From Fidelibacterota bacterium (lineage in GTDB: Bacteria; Fidelibacterota; Marinisomatia; Marinisomatales; JACNKV01), in assembly GCA_014381855.1 (NCBI GenBank), contig JACNKV010000084.1, positions 22,341 through 86,340 on the forward strand: a DNA stretch of 64,000 bases, given 5' to 3'. Below are positions 8,774 through 18,520 of this stretch, one piece after another; the stretch's first letter is position 1; every line of letters starts with the position of its first letter. Under the pieces are notes generated by a model. That model was given only the letters and a program-made list of their open reading frames with translations, was not told the origin of the DNA and ran no database searches. A program made the translations under genes and the position numbers.

Positions 8774-9699
8774 TCGTCCAATCCTTTCCGTGCAAATTCT
8801 GAATCCATCAAATCTTGTAATCCTAATTTTTTGATATTCATATCTTTCATTACAGCGGATTGAGCCGTTTGCATCACCTGAAAAAGGACTTTTCTTGTAC
8901 GCCCGTAAAAATGGAATATATTGTTCATCCGGCTGGGAGTCACCACCGTAGAGATTGAACATAATTTCTTATATAACTCATCAGATAATTCTTCAAACTC
9001 TATCTGGAATTGATGAAATTCGAGTGTGCTTTCTAATAATTTATCTAGATTCCCATCCAAAACAATCTTTCCATTGTCCATCACTAAAATCCTGTCGTGT
9101 GCTTGTTCAACCTCATGAAGTAACTGACTGACATAAATGATTGTTTTTTCGCTTTTTAATTTTTTCAGCAAATCCCAGACTTGTCTGTGTGACTGCGCGT
9201 CCATAAATGCAGTGGGTTCATCTAAAATAACGATTGTCGGATCATGCACCAAGGCACGGATAATCATAGCTTTTTTAGCGATGCCTGAGGAAACATTTCC
9301 CGCTTTTAGATTGAGATATTCTGACATATCGAGGCGGTGTGCATACGAGTGAATCCGTTGAGTAATCACGGCATTCCGGACACCATACAATAACCCAATA
9401 AATCGAATATTCTGATCCAAAGTAAGCCATGGATCTAAATCAATACTGAGTGGGACGTATCCGATGTTTTCACGAATTTCTTTTCGCCGTTTTACACTAT
9501 CTAGACCGTGAATAAATACTTGTCCATACTCCGGGTTCTCAAAACCGGCAAGCACGCGTAGCAAAGTAGATTTTCCCGCATCATTATCACCAATTATTGC
9601 AACGATTGAACCTTTTTCTATCCCAAAGGTTAACCCGGCAAGGATTGTCTTATCCCCGGCTAATTTCCCGACCTTTTTTAGTGTTACACTTGCTTCCAT
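8770..9699 (-). CDS. ABC transporter ATP-binding protein
   Basis: Walker A GDNDAGKST, signature-like VSSGIAKK, Walker B IVILDEPT, plus a ~90-aa C-terminal extension. Confidence 0.8.
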   Translation of the reverse strand: MEASVTLKKVGKLAGDKTILAGLTFGIEKGSIVAIIGDNDAGKSTLLRVLAGFENPEYGQVFIHGLDSVKRRKEIRENIGYVPLSIDLDPWLTLDQNIRFIGLLYGVRNAVITQRIHSYAHRLDMSEYLNLKAGNVSSGIAKKAMIIRALVHDPTIVILDEPTAFMDAQSHRQVWDLLKKLKSEKTIIYVSQLLHEVEQAHDRILVMDNGKIVLDGNLDKLLESTLEFHQFQIEFEELSDELYKKLCSISTVVTPSRMNNIFHFYGRTRKVLFQVMQTAQSAVMKDMNIKKLGLQDLMDSEFARKGLDE

Positions 9700-9801
9700 T
9701 GATTTATTGTTGGGTGTTTTTCGTTAGGTGTTTGGTGCTAAAATTTTGTTTTGTCTTCCTAATCAAATTAGTTGTAACCTATTACTTTTTTATGTCTCCT
9801 G

Positions 9802-12522
9802 TCAATGTGCTTCAAACCACGAATTTCCGATTCCACAATTTACAACTATCGGGACACTTAACGGGAGTGCCTCTTCCATCTTTTTTAGCACAAGAGTTTT
9901 TACAACTTCAATTTCATCTTCGGGAACTTCAAAAATTAATTCATCATGGATTTGCAAAATCATTTTTGTTTTCAACTCATGTTTAATAAGATCCTTATGA
10001 ATATGAATCATGGCAAGTTTAATCATCTCGGCAGCGGTTCCTTGTATTGGCATATTAATTGCCATACGCTCTGCCGCTTCCCGAAGATTACGGTTGTCAC
10101 TATCCGCATTCCACACTGGACGTCGCCGACCCAGCATCGTCTCCACATATTTATCTGTTCTGGCTTTTTCTAATGTCTTGTCGATATAATTTTGAATCCC
10201 GCTATACTGCCGGAAATACGTATCAATAAGTGCCTGAGATTCCTGCCGAGGAATCCCCAACTCCTGACTCATTCGAAACGGACCTGCACCATACATAATC
10301 CCGAAATTCACAATTTTAGCTGTTCGGCGCATCTCGGGTAATATTTCCTCAATAGGGACACCAAATACTAGACTTGCCGTTCGCGAATGGACATCCTCTC
10401 CTTCTTCAAATGCCTGGATTAGCCCGGGGTCTTGGCTTAAATGCGCCATAATTCTCAATTCAATTTGGGAGTAATCTGCAGAGAGGATTTTCCAACCATC
10501 CTGCTGGGCGGTAAAAGCTTTTCGAATTTCCTTCCCAATCTCTGTGCGAATCGGAATATTTTGGAAGTTTGGCTTGCTGCTGGAGAGCCGTCCTGTGGCA
10601 GCGACCGTTTGATTAAATGATGTATGAATTCTTCCCGTCTCCGGGTGTATTGTCTCTTTTAACGGATCCAAATATGTATGTTTTAGTTTATATAATTTTC
10701 GATACTCTAATATCAACTTTGGCAGGGGATGAATATCTTTTAATTGCTCGAGGACTTCCACAGCGGTTGATCGTTTCCGTATCTTTGGTAAACCTACAAT
10801 ATCAAACAAAATACTTGCCAATTGCTGAGTGGAATTCACGTTGAATTCTGTTCCGGCTTCTTTCACAATGGAAGATGTGAGTCCGTGAAGAGTTTTTCCT
10901 AAGTCATAGGACATCTCCCCCAACACCCGTTTATCCACATACACACCGTTGTGTTCCATATTAACTAAGACATCTATCAACGGCAATTCAACATCCGTAA
11001 AATATTTGTGAAGCGATTGTTCTTCCAGCTTCTTTTGAAAAATCGACGTTAATTGCCGTGTAATATCTGCATCTTCCGCCCCGTAAAACGCCGATTTATC
11101 AAATGGGACTTCAGCCATGGTAATCTGGCTTTTCCCCTTCCCAATCAGCTCCTCGATCGGGACCATTTGATAGTTCAGATTTTCCATCGCTAGCACATCT
11201 AATTTACGCGATCCCGCATCAGGATTGATCATGTGTGACGCAATCATCGTATCAAATGCAATGCCATTTAATTGTATGCCATATCGGTTGAGAATGAGCG
11301 CATCGTACTTAATATTTTGACCGGTTTTCGGTATCGCCGTATCTTCTAATATTGGTTTTAGGATGGATAGTACCGCTTCCGTTTCATCTTCTCCAAAATA
11401 GGTTTCCGTTTTGTCTTTATGCATCACCGGGATGTACATCCCTTCATCTTCTTTTACCGAAAAACAAAATCCGACTATCTCCGCCCGCATGGGATCAACC
11501 GAAGTGGTTTCCAAATCAACTGAGAGTATCTCACCCTGAGTTAACTGCTTAAAATATGCTTGAACATCTCCCTTTGTTTTCAGAATTTTATAGACTTTTT
11601 TCGGCTGGGATATCGTTGGTTTTTTCGTATCAGTCAACGAGGGTAATTGCCGTTTTAAACCGGAGAATTCAAACTCAGTGAATAGAGCGTCTAAAGCTTC
11701 TATATTCATTGCCGTTCGTTCCATTTCCGGGATGGATGCATCCAGTTCAACGTTCGTGTCGATGGTCACTAATTCTTTACTCAATATGGCGTTATCACGG
11801 TATTCCAGTAGTCCGTTTCTGACGCGTTTGTTTCCAACTCTTTCCGCATTTTCCAACGATGATTCCAACGACCCAAATTCCTTGATGAGTTTTACAGCAG
11901 ACTTTTCCCCAACACCGCGAACACCCGGAATATTATCCGAGGAATCACCCATCAGTCCAAGTAAATCAATTATTTTTTCTGGTGGAACACCCCATTTTTC
12001 TATGACTTTTTCTCGGTCGTAAATTGTCAAATCTTTATTCCGGGTTCTTGGGGCATATAAAAATACGTGGTCATTCACCAACTGCATAAAATCTTTATCG
12101 CCACTGACAATGTACACATCAAAATCGTGTGAAGTGCCTTGTTTGGCTAATGTCCCGATAATATCGTCTGCTTCAAATCCGGGTTTAGATAGTGAAACAA
12201 TTTGCGTAGCATTCATTAATTTCCATAAATGCGGGAGTTGCTCTTTCAGCTCATCCGGCATTTTTTCCCGCGTGGCTTTATACTCCGGGTATTTATCGTG
12301 GCGGAATGTTTTCTCCTTGGAATCAAACACGGCAGCGATATAATCCGGCTGTTCTTTTTGGACCAGCTTTAGCAATTGATTCATAAACCCAAATAACGCA
12401 CTTGTATGCAATCCGTAACTGGTAATGAGCGGATTCCGAATCAAGGCAAAATGCGACCGGTACAACATGGCATAGCCGTCAATGAGAAAAAGTCGTTTGC
12501 GGTGATTTTTTTTTGAAGTCAT
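9802..12522 (-). CDS. polA: DNA polymerase I
   Basis: 5'-nuclease domain (LFLIDGYAMLYRSHFAL), 3'-5' exonuclease domain, and polymerase motifs (DYSQIELR, QIHDELIFE). The track ORF starts at 12585, inside lepA. ATG 12522 (MTSKKNHRKRLFLIDG) lies 11 nt after the lepA stop and ATG 12540 is an alternative start. Confidence 0.9.
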   Translation of the reverse strand: MTSKKNHRKRLFLIDGYAMLYRSHFALIRNPLITSYGLHTSALFGFMNQLLKLVQKEQPDYIAAVFDSKEKTFRHDKYPEYKATREKMPDELKEQLPHLWKLMNATQIVSLSKPGFEADDIIGTLAKQGTSHDFDVYIVSGDKDFMQLVNDHVFLYAPRTRNKDLTIYDREKVIEKWGVPPEKIIDLLGLMGDSSDNIPGVRGVGEKSAVKLIKEFGSLESSLENAERVGNKRVRNGLLEYRDNAILSKELVTIDTNVELDASIPEMERTAMNIEALDALFTEFEFSGLKRQLPSLTDTKKPTISQPKKVYKILKTKGDVQAYFKQLTQGEILSVDLETTSVDPMRAEIVGFCFSVKEDEGMYIPVMHKDKTETYFGEDETEAVLSILKPILEDTAIPKTGQNIKYDALILNRYGIQLNGIAFDTMIASHMINPDAGSRKLDVLAMENLNYQMVPIEELIGKGKSQITMAEVPFDKSAFYGAEDADITRQLTSIFQKKLEEQSLHKYFTDVELPLIDVLVNMEHNGVYVDKRVLGEMSYDLGKTLHGLTSSIVKEAGTEFNVNSTQQLASILFDIVGLPKIRKRSTAVEVLEQLKDIHPLPKLILEYRKLYKLKHTYLDPLKETIHPETGRIHTSFNQTVAATGRLSSSKPNFQNIPIRTEIGKEIRKAFTAQQDGWKILSADYSQIELRIMAHLSQDPGLIQAFEEGEDVHSRTASLVFGVPIEEILPEMRRTAKIVNFGIMYGAGPFRMSQELGIPRQESQALIDTYFRQYSGIQNYIDKTLEKARTDKYVETMLGRRRPVWNADSDNRNLREAAERMAINMPIQGTAAEMIKLAMIHIHKDLIKHELKTKMILQIHDELIFEVPEDEIEVVKTLVLKKMEEALPLSVPIVVNCGIGNSWFEAH

Positions 12523-12532
12523 CCGATGCTTT

Positions 12533-14335
12533 TCAGTCATCCCCAAGTTGTAAAACGGCAAGAAGGGCTTCCTGCGGGATTTCAACTTTCCCGATCATCT
12601 TCATTCGGCGTTTTCCTGCTTTTTGTTTTTCCCACAATTTCCGCTTCCGACTGATATCTCCGCCGTAGCATTTTGCAGTAACGTTCTTTTTTAACGCCCG
12701 GATGGTTGTCCTGGCGATGATACGGGTTCCAAGAGTCGCTTGAATCGCCACTTCAAACATCTGTCGCGGAATAAGCTCTTTCAATTTACTGCATAAGGCA
12801 ACACCTCGATGATATGCATCATCCGCGTGGCAAATAGTCGAAAGAGCATCTACCGGTTCTCCATGAATCAGGATGTCTAATTTTTTTAAAGCACCGGTTC
12901 GAAATTCTGATATGGTATAATCAAACGAAGCATATCCCCTTGTGGACGATTTCAATTTATCATAAAAATCAAAAATGATTTCAGCTAAAGGCAATTCGTA
13001 ATGTAGCTGAGCTTTATCCGCAGATAGATAATGCGTTGTCTTGTACTTACCGCGTTTTTTTTGGCAAAGGGTCATAATGTTCCCAATATATTCGCTGGGG
13101 GTTATTATCTCTGCGGTGACAATCGGTTCAAGTATTTCACGAATTTCCCCAGGGGCAGGCATTTTTGCCGGTGTATCCACCTCAATGGTTGTCCCGTCTT
13201 GCTTCAATATTTTATACCGAACGTTCGGTGTGGTTGTAACAAGATCCAGATCAAATTCACGTTCAAGCCGCTCTTGAACGATTTCCATGTGCAAAAGACC
13301 TAAAAACCCCGCACGGAACCCAAAACCAAGTGCTTCGCTCGTTTCCGGCTCATAGTTTAATGAGGCATCGTTCAATTTCAATTTATCTAATGCCATTCGG
13401 AGTTGTTCGTAATCGTCAGCATCTGCAGGATAAAGCCCTGAAAACACCATCGGCTTAATTTTTTTGTATCCCGGGAGGCGTTCTTCCGCCTTATTCTGTT
13501 TTGCCGTAAGCGTATCTCCCGGCTCAATATGTTCCATATCACGAATGTTTGCAATGACATACCCTACATCACCTGAGCGAAGTTCTTTCGCCGGAACTTG
13601 TTTCATGATGAAATGTCCAACTTCGGTAATGTCGTATGTGATGCCATGCGAAAAGAATTCAGCGGTCATTCCCGGTTTGAGTACACCGTCAAATACACGA
13701 ACGTACGGAATCGCTCCACGGTAATTATCATACATAGAATCAAAAATCAACGCACGGGTTGGTTCATCATTCTTGTCTTTCGGAGGTGGAATCTCCCTAA
13801 TAACAGCATTAAAAATATCCTGAATACCATCACCTGTCTTCGCACTTACATGGATAATGTCTTCTTTATCACAGCCAATTAATTCAATAATTTGATCTGT
13901 AACCTCTTCAACACGGGACGCCGGGAGGTCAATTTTATTTATGACTGGGATCAGGACGAGTTCATTCTCTATGGCAAGATACGTATTACTGACGGTTTGA
14001 GCTTCGACACCTTGAGCTGCATCCACAAGCAGCAATGCGCCTTCGCATGCGGCTAACGAACGGGAAACCTCATAAGAAAAATCTACATGACCCGGTGTAT
14101 CAATTAAATTTAACGTGTAATTCTGTTTGTCATGATGAATATACTTCATTTGAATTGGGTGACTTTTAATGGTAATCCCGCGTTCTCTCTCCAAATCCAT
14201 GCTGTCCAACACTTGTGCTTTCATCACTTTGGATGAAAGTGTATGCGTCTCCTCCAATAACCGATCAGCTAAGGTTGATTTCCCGTGATCGATGTGTGCA
14301 ATGATACAAAAGTTTCGTATATGGGCTGTGGACAT
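12533..14335 (-). CDS. lepA: translation elongation factor 4
   Basis: IRNFCIIAHIDHGKSTLADRLL G-domain, 600 aa, LepA-specific C-terminal domain. Confidence 0.95.
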   Translation of the reverse strand: MSTAHIRNFCIIAHIDHGKSTLADRLLEETHTLSSKVMKAQVLDSMDLERERGITIKSHPIQMKYIHHDKQNYTLNLIDTPGHVDFSYEVSRSLAACEGALLLVDAAQGVEAQTVSNTYLAIENELVLIPVINKIDLPASRVEEVTDQIIELIGCDKEDIIHVSAKTGDGIQDIFNAVIREIPPPKDKNDEPTRALIFDSMYDNYRGAIPYVRVFDGVLKPGMTAEFFSHGITYDITEVGHFIMKQVPAKELRSGDVGYVIANIRDMEHIEPGDTLTAKQNKAEERLPGYKKIKPMVFSGLYPADADDYEQLRMALDKLKLNDASLNYEPETSEALGFGFRAGFLGLLHMEIVQERLEREFDLDLVTTTPNVRYKILKQDGTTIEVDTPAKMPAPGEIREILEPIVTAEIITPSEYIGNIMTLCQKKRGKYKTTHYLSADKAQLHYELPLAEIIFDFYDKLKSSTRGYASFDYTISEFRTGALKKLDILIHGEPVDALSTICHADDAYHRGVALCSKLKELIPRQMFEVAIQATLGTRIIARTTIRALKKNVTAKCYGGDISRKRKLWEKQKAGKRRMKMIGKVEIPQEALLAVLQLGDD

Positions 14336-14408
14336 AGAGTGAAGTTACCTGTGAAACGTTAACAAGCGAAAGACAGTATTTATCTGAAAAATATCTATGA
14401 AAAATATT

Positions 14409-15203
14409 TTAGTTTTTCATCAACAAAACATCAAAAACACCGGTGAGGTTTTGTCCGGCAATCCCAATAAATTTGGGCTGAAACAAAGAGTCCACTTCTG
14501 TTTCTTCTGTGATTTGCGTATTTCCAAGCAGTTCGTAAGATACCATCTCAGTTGTATCTGCTGAATATAGCGTGACAAACGTTGTATCTTCCCCAACGTC
14601 TATCCAGTCTGTTAGTGTGATAGATGTTAGATCTATATAGTCCATGCTAAGCGGATAAAAACGATCAAAGGTGTAATGAGCAGCTTTCAGAGAAAACGAG
14701 AAGATTGATTCTGTGGTAATCACGGCGGGAACATTCTCTTCGATGGTGTCTGAAGAAGATTCTGCCGTTAGCACAAACTCTAATACACCACTAAATTGGT
14801 TTCCTTTCACCATAATCTTTTCAGGAAAATAATACACAGAATCCACGGTGCGTTGTTCTACGAGTATTTGACTCTTATTTATCACCCACGTTTTTTGGAC
14901 AATACCCTGATCATTCAACAGCCATATTTGAGAAGTATCCTGAGTACTTCCGGTATAATCGGCAACAATCAAGGCAGAAGTGATTTTCATCCCATTGGAC
15001 AATTTTAAATTTAAATCATAGGTTTCTTCAAAGGAATATACTTCTCCTCTAACCGCAAATGTAAATACAGAATCTGCATTCACAACCACCGGATAATTTT
15101 CAACCAACCCATGTTGTGGTTCCGGCGGTCCCACACACGAAAAGATAAAAAACACAAAACCGAGTGCTAAAATCCAAGTTGTTTTTTTCATACTAATCTT
15201 CAA
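14409..15203 (-). CDS. hypothetical lipoprotein with two internally repeated domains
   Basis: Lipobox-like signal ...FVFFIFSC. DSVFTFAVRGEVYSFEETYDLNL is echoed by ESIFSFSLKAAHYTFDRFYPLSM. The start overlaps the rmuC stop by 11 nt. Confidence 0.4.
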   Translation of the reverse strand: MKISMKKTTWILALGFVFFIFSCVGPPEPQHGLVENYPVVVNADSVFTFAVRGEVYSFEETYDLNLKLSNGMKITSALIVADYTGSTQDTSQIWLLNDQGIVQKTWVINKSQILVEQRTVDSVYYFPEKIMVKGNQFSGVLEFVLTAESSSDTIEENVPAVITTESIFSFSLKAAHYTFDRFYPLSMDYIDLTSITLTDWIDVGEDTTFVTLYSADTTEMVSYELLGNTQITEETEVDSLFQPKFIGIAGQNLTGVFDVLLMKN

Positions 15204-16539
15204 TTTGTTTCACCTCATCATCCTCAAACGGTAATTCTAAAATCTCTTGTGACTCAATTGATGTAAATGTTTCAACATCTTTTAATTTACGTTCTAAAAC
15301 GTTTGTTCTAGTCGTCCTTAGTGATTCCAATGTCCCGGAAGCTGTGTTTATTTGTTTGTGTGCTTTTGCTAAAACGCCGGAAAATTGTTTAAATTCATGC
15401 TTGACCGCCTTTAAGATATCCCACACCTCGCTACTTCTTTTTTGAACAGCTAATGTTCTAAATCCCATATTTAGACTGTTCAATACTGCAGATAATGTCG
15501 TTGGCCCAGTTACTGTTATCTTGTATTTATTTTGTAGCGTTTCAAATAGTCCCGGGTGCCTTAACACCTCTGCATATAAACTTTCTACCGGTAAAAACAT
15601 AATTCCAAAATCTGTAGTGTGCGGTGGGTCAATATATTTTGAGCTGATATCCTTTGCGGATTTCTCTATTGCTTTTATTAATCGTTTTTGAGATGCCTCA
15701 ATTTCATTTTTGTCTCCTCGATCAAACGCCTCAAGTAAAGTATGATAATCTTCTATCTGAAATTTAGAATCAATAGGCATCCAGACTTCTTCACCAGATT
15801 CCTTTCCCGGTAGTTTTATCGCAAATTCAACGTTTGCTTGGCTTCCTTTTTTAGTTGCTACATTTTTTGCATATTGATCGGGAGAGAGTATTTGTTCTAA
15901 GATATTTTCGAGTTGATACTCACCTAATATACCGCGTGTTTTTACATTGGCTAATACTTTTTTGAGGTCGCCAACTCCAGTGGCAATATTTTGCATTTCA
16001 CCCAGTCCTTTATGCACTTGCTCAAGGCGATCACTGACCTGCTTAAATGACTCTCCAAGCCGTTTTTCCAAAGTGGTTTGTAATTTCTCATCAACTGTTT
16101 TTCGCATTTCATCGAGTTGTTTACTGCTATCTTCACGAATAGACTTTAACTGCTTTTCAATGGTGTTTTCAACGTGCTTTATATTATCCGTCGCTTGTTT
16201 ATTTATCTCCGTTTGTTGTTTGTTTAAATCTCCGAATTTTTGTCTTAATATCTCGTTAAGTTCTTTAATGCTATCAGAAAATATAACATCAAATGATTTT
16301 AAGGATTTCGATAACTCTTCCCTATTTGATGTCGCTATTTCATTTGTTTCTTTTCGATTTCTTTGAAAATCATCTTTAATAGATTTTTCAATTCGATCTA
16401 ACGATATATCAAACTTTACGATTGCTGATTCTACTTCTTTCAATTGTGGTTTAATATCAAAAGACTCTTTCTTTTTTACCCCTATAACAATATTTACTAT
16501 TACAAGGATAATTAAGATACTTAGTAATACTTCAATCAT
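15193..16539 (-). CDS. rmuC: DNA recombination protein RmuC
   Basis: N-terminal TM segment, a long coiled-coil, and a conserved C-terminal RmuC block (FGIMFLPVESLYAEVL...ITVTGPTTL). Confidence 0.8.
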   Translation of the reverse strand: MIEVLLSILIILVIVNIVIGVKKKESFDIKPQLKEVESAIVKFDISLDRIEKSIKDDFQRNRKETNEIATSNREELSKSLKSFDVIFSDSIKELNEILRQKFGDLNKQQTEINKQATDNIKHVENTIEKQLKSIREDSSKQLDEMRKTVDEKLQTTLEKRLGESFKQVSDRLEQVHKGLGEMQNIATGVGDLKKVLANVKTRGILGEYQLENILEQILSPDQYAKNVATKKGSQANVEFAIKLPGKESGEEVWMPIDSKFQIEDYHTLLEAFDRGDKNEIEASQKRLIKAIEKSAKDISSKYIDPPHTTDFGIMFLPVESLYAEVLRHPGLFETLQNKYKITVTGPTTLSAVLNSLNMGFRTLAVQKRSSEVWDILKAVKHEFKQFSGVLAKAHKQINTASGTLESLRTTRTNVLERKLKDVETFTSIESQEILELPFEDDEVKQIED

Positions 16540-16599
16540 AAGTACGCTCTACTCTTAAATTTCTTCTACCAACGGATAATAAGAAATTACCGACAAACA

Positions 16600-18075
16600 T
16601 CAGACACCCAACATATCCAAAACCAAACGGACGACATTTCCGGTAGCACCTTTTTTCGGGCCATACGGTTTTTCTTTTTCTCCCCAAGCAGTTCCGGCAA
16701 TATCGAAATGTGCCCAAGGGATATCCTCACCAACGAATGCATTTAGGAATGAAGCACCTGCGATAGTTCCGGCTTGTCGGGCTTCTCCCATGTTTTTCAC
16801 ATCTGCAATCTTAGATTTCACCTGATCCAAATACTCGTCCCACATTGGTAATTCCCACACTTTTTCTCCGGTATTTTTCGACGACGTTTGGATTTTGTTA
16901 ATCAAGGCGTTATCAGTACCCATAATTCCGGTAGCGATGTGCCCTAACGCAACCAGCACTGCACCGGTAAGGGTGGCAAAGTCCAAAATATACGCAGGGT
17001 CAAAGTGTTTACTCACGTAGGCTAATGCATCCGCAAGAATCAACCGTCCTTCAGCATCTGTATTCAGAACTTCGATGGTTTTCCCGTTGTATGCAGTCAA
17101 AATATCTCCGGGTTTTATGGCTTTACCTCCGGGCATATTTTCAGTAGAAGGAATCGCAGCGATAATGTTCATTTTTGGTTTGAGTGCTGCCACGGATTTC
17201 ATCACACCCATCACCACACCGGAGCCACACATATCGAACTTCATTTCATCCATAGAGGCTGATCCTTTTAGAGATATTCCGCCACTGTCAAATGTGAGTC
17301 CTTTCCCGACCAACACAACCGGTTTCTCATCTTTTTCACCACCATAATACTCCAGTAAAATGAATTTCGGGGGTTCATCCGTTCCTTGAGCAACACCAGC
17401 AAAAGATCCCATTCCCATATTTGTAAATTGTTCACGGTCAAAAACGGTTAAAGTCATGTCGCCTTCTTTTGCAATTTTTGCGGCTTCACCGGAGAGTCTG
17501 GTAGGTGTCATAACGTTGCCGGGATGGTTTCCAAGATCTCTGGCAAAACAAACGCCGGCTCCAATAACCGCACCCTTTTCTATCTGGGGTTTATCCCCAC
17601 TTAAAATTACGGCGGATGTCAACGTGAACTGTTTTTGATTATCCTTTTTTTCAGTTTTGTAATCCAAAAACTGATAACTTCCCATCACCAGCCCTTCTGC
17701 TAGAGGTTGACATGCGTCCTCTTTCGTATATTTGCAAAAACATTCAACCGCAGGATGATCAATCTCCAAGGATGTCGTCACTTTTGCAATTGCTCCACCT
17801 GCTTTACGAACTTCCTCTGAATTAAATTTATCCTTTTTCCCAAGTCCAACGACCAAAATACGTTTTTTATCCATATAAAACCGGCTGATTTTACCGGATT
17901 TTCCTTTGATGTCACCCATCTTAATCGCTGCCGTGATTTGTCCGTTTAATGCAGCATCAACTTCTTTTGCGATGTCTGTTAATAGTCCATCTTCAAACAC
18001 ACCGACGGCAATCAAACCGGCTTGGATTTTTGACCACGATTCAGTGGAATGATTCACTTTTTTCAAATAACTCAT
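16600..18075 (-). CDS. pepA: leucyl aminopeptidase (M17)
   Basis: NTDAEGRL motif, VGKGLTFDSGG, 491 aa. Confidence 0.85.
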   Translation of the reverse strand: MSYLKKVNHSTESWSKIQAGLIAVGVFEDGLLTDIAKEVDAALNGQITAAIKMGDIKGKSGKISRFYMDKKRILVVGLGKKDKFNSEEVRKAGGAIAKVTTSLEIDHPAVECFCKYTKEDACQPLAEGLVMGSYQFLDYKTEKKDNQKQFTLTSAVILSGDKPQIEKGAVIGAGVCFARDLGNHPGNVMTPTRLSGEAAKIAKEGDMTLTVFDREQFTNMGMGSFAGVAQGTDEPPKFILLEYYGGEKDEKPVVLVGKGLTFDSGGISLKGSASMDEMKFDMCGSGVVMGVMKSVAALKPKMNIIAAIPSTENMPGGKAIKPGDILTAYNGKTIEVLNTDAEGRLILADALAYVSKHFDPAYILDFATLTGAVLVALGHIATGIMGTDNALINKIQTSSKNTGEKVWELPMWDEYLDQVKSKIADVKNMGEARQAGTIAGASFLNAFVGEDIPWAHFDIAGTAWGEKEKPYGPKKGATGNVVRLVLDMLGV

Positions 18076-18100
18076 ATTTTCCTCTTATTAATTTTTGGGT

Positions 18101-18520
18101 TTAATCTTTTGGGACGACTAAAACAGGACAATTGACATGGTTGACGATTCCTTCATCAACGGAATCAAAGAATTTTTCTTTGAAGGCATTCATCTTGCGA
18201 TGCCCCAAAATCAAGAGATCAACATCATCGGCTGCTTTCGTAATTTCTTTGTGGATAACCTCACCGGTTAAAATACGGATAATTAAACGATTCGCAATTT
18301 CTTCATGTCCGGCAGATCGAAAAAGATTGCGAATATCCTCTTCAGTAAACCGATGCCCCGGTGTGTCCATCATCATAGACATTTCACCGGCATGCGTATC
18401 ATTAACATGAACCACAATCATTTTCGCATTGAACGAATTTTTGATTCGAATAGATTCATCAATTAATTTTATCTCGTTGCCATTCCCGGACAAGGCAACC
18501 ATTATTCGTTTGTAACTCAT
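18101..18520 (-). CDS. universal stress protein family
   Basis: 139 aa. The pattern KRIMVAL...DLLILG.......S....V......PVLVV is typical of UspA. Confidence 0.7.
   Translation of the reverse strand: MSYKRIMVALSGNGNEIKLIDESIRIKNSFNAKMIVVHVNDTHAGEMSMMMDTPGHRFTEEDIRNLFRSAGHEEIANRLIIRILTGEVIHKEITKAADDVDLLILGHRKMNAFKEKFFDSVDEGIVNHVNCPVLVVPKD

Noticed and set aside
8774-8962. Long N-terminal extensions in the track ORFs for the ABC permease (from 8962), polA (12585), rpsS (41217), nadE (22136) and the KH protein (26266)
   Set aside because: The extended parts lie inside the preceding gene or lack an SD. Downstream ATGs give canonical N-termini with ATGA overlaps or good SDs, so I trimmed the starts.
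16545-16599. AT-rich hairpin AATTTCTT...AAGAAATT between pepA and rmuC as a terminator
   Set aside because: The stem is only 8 bp of A/T, has a 15-nt loop and lacks a proper U-tract. It is too weak to call.
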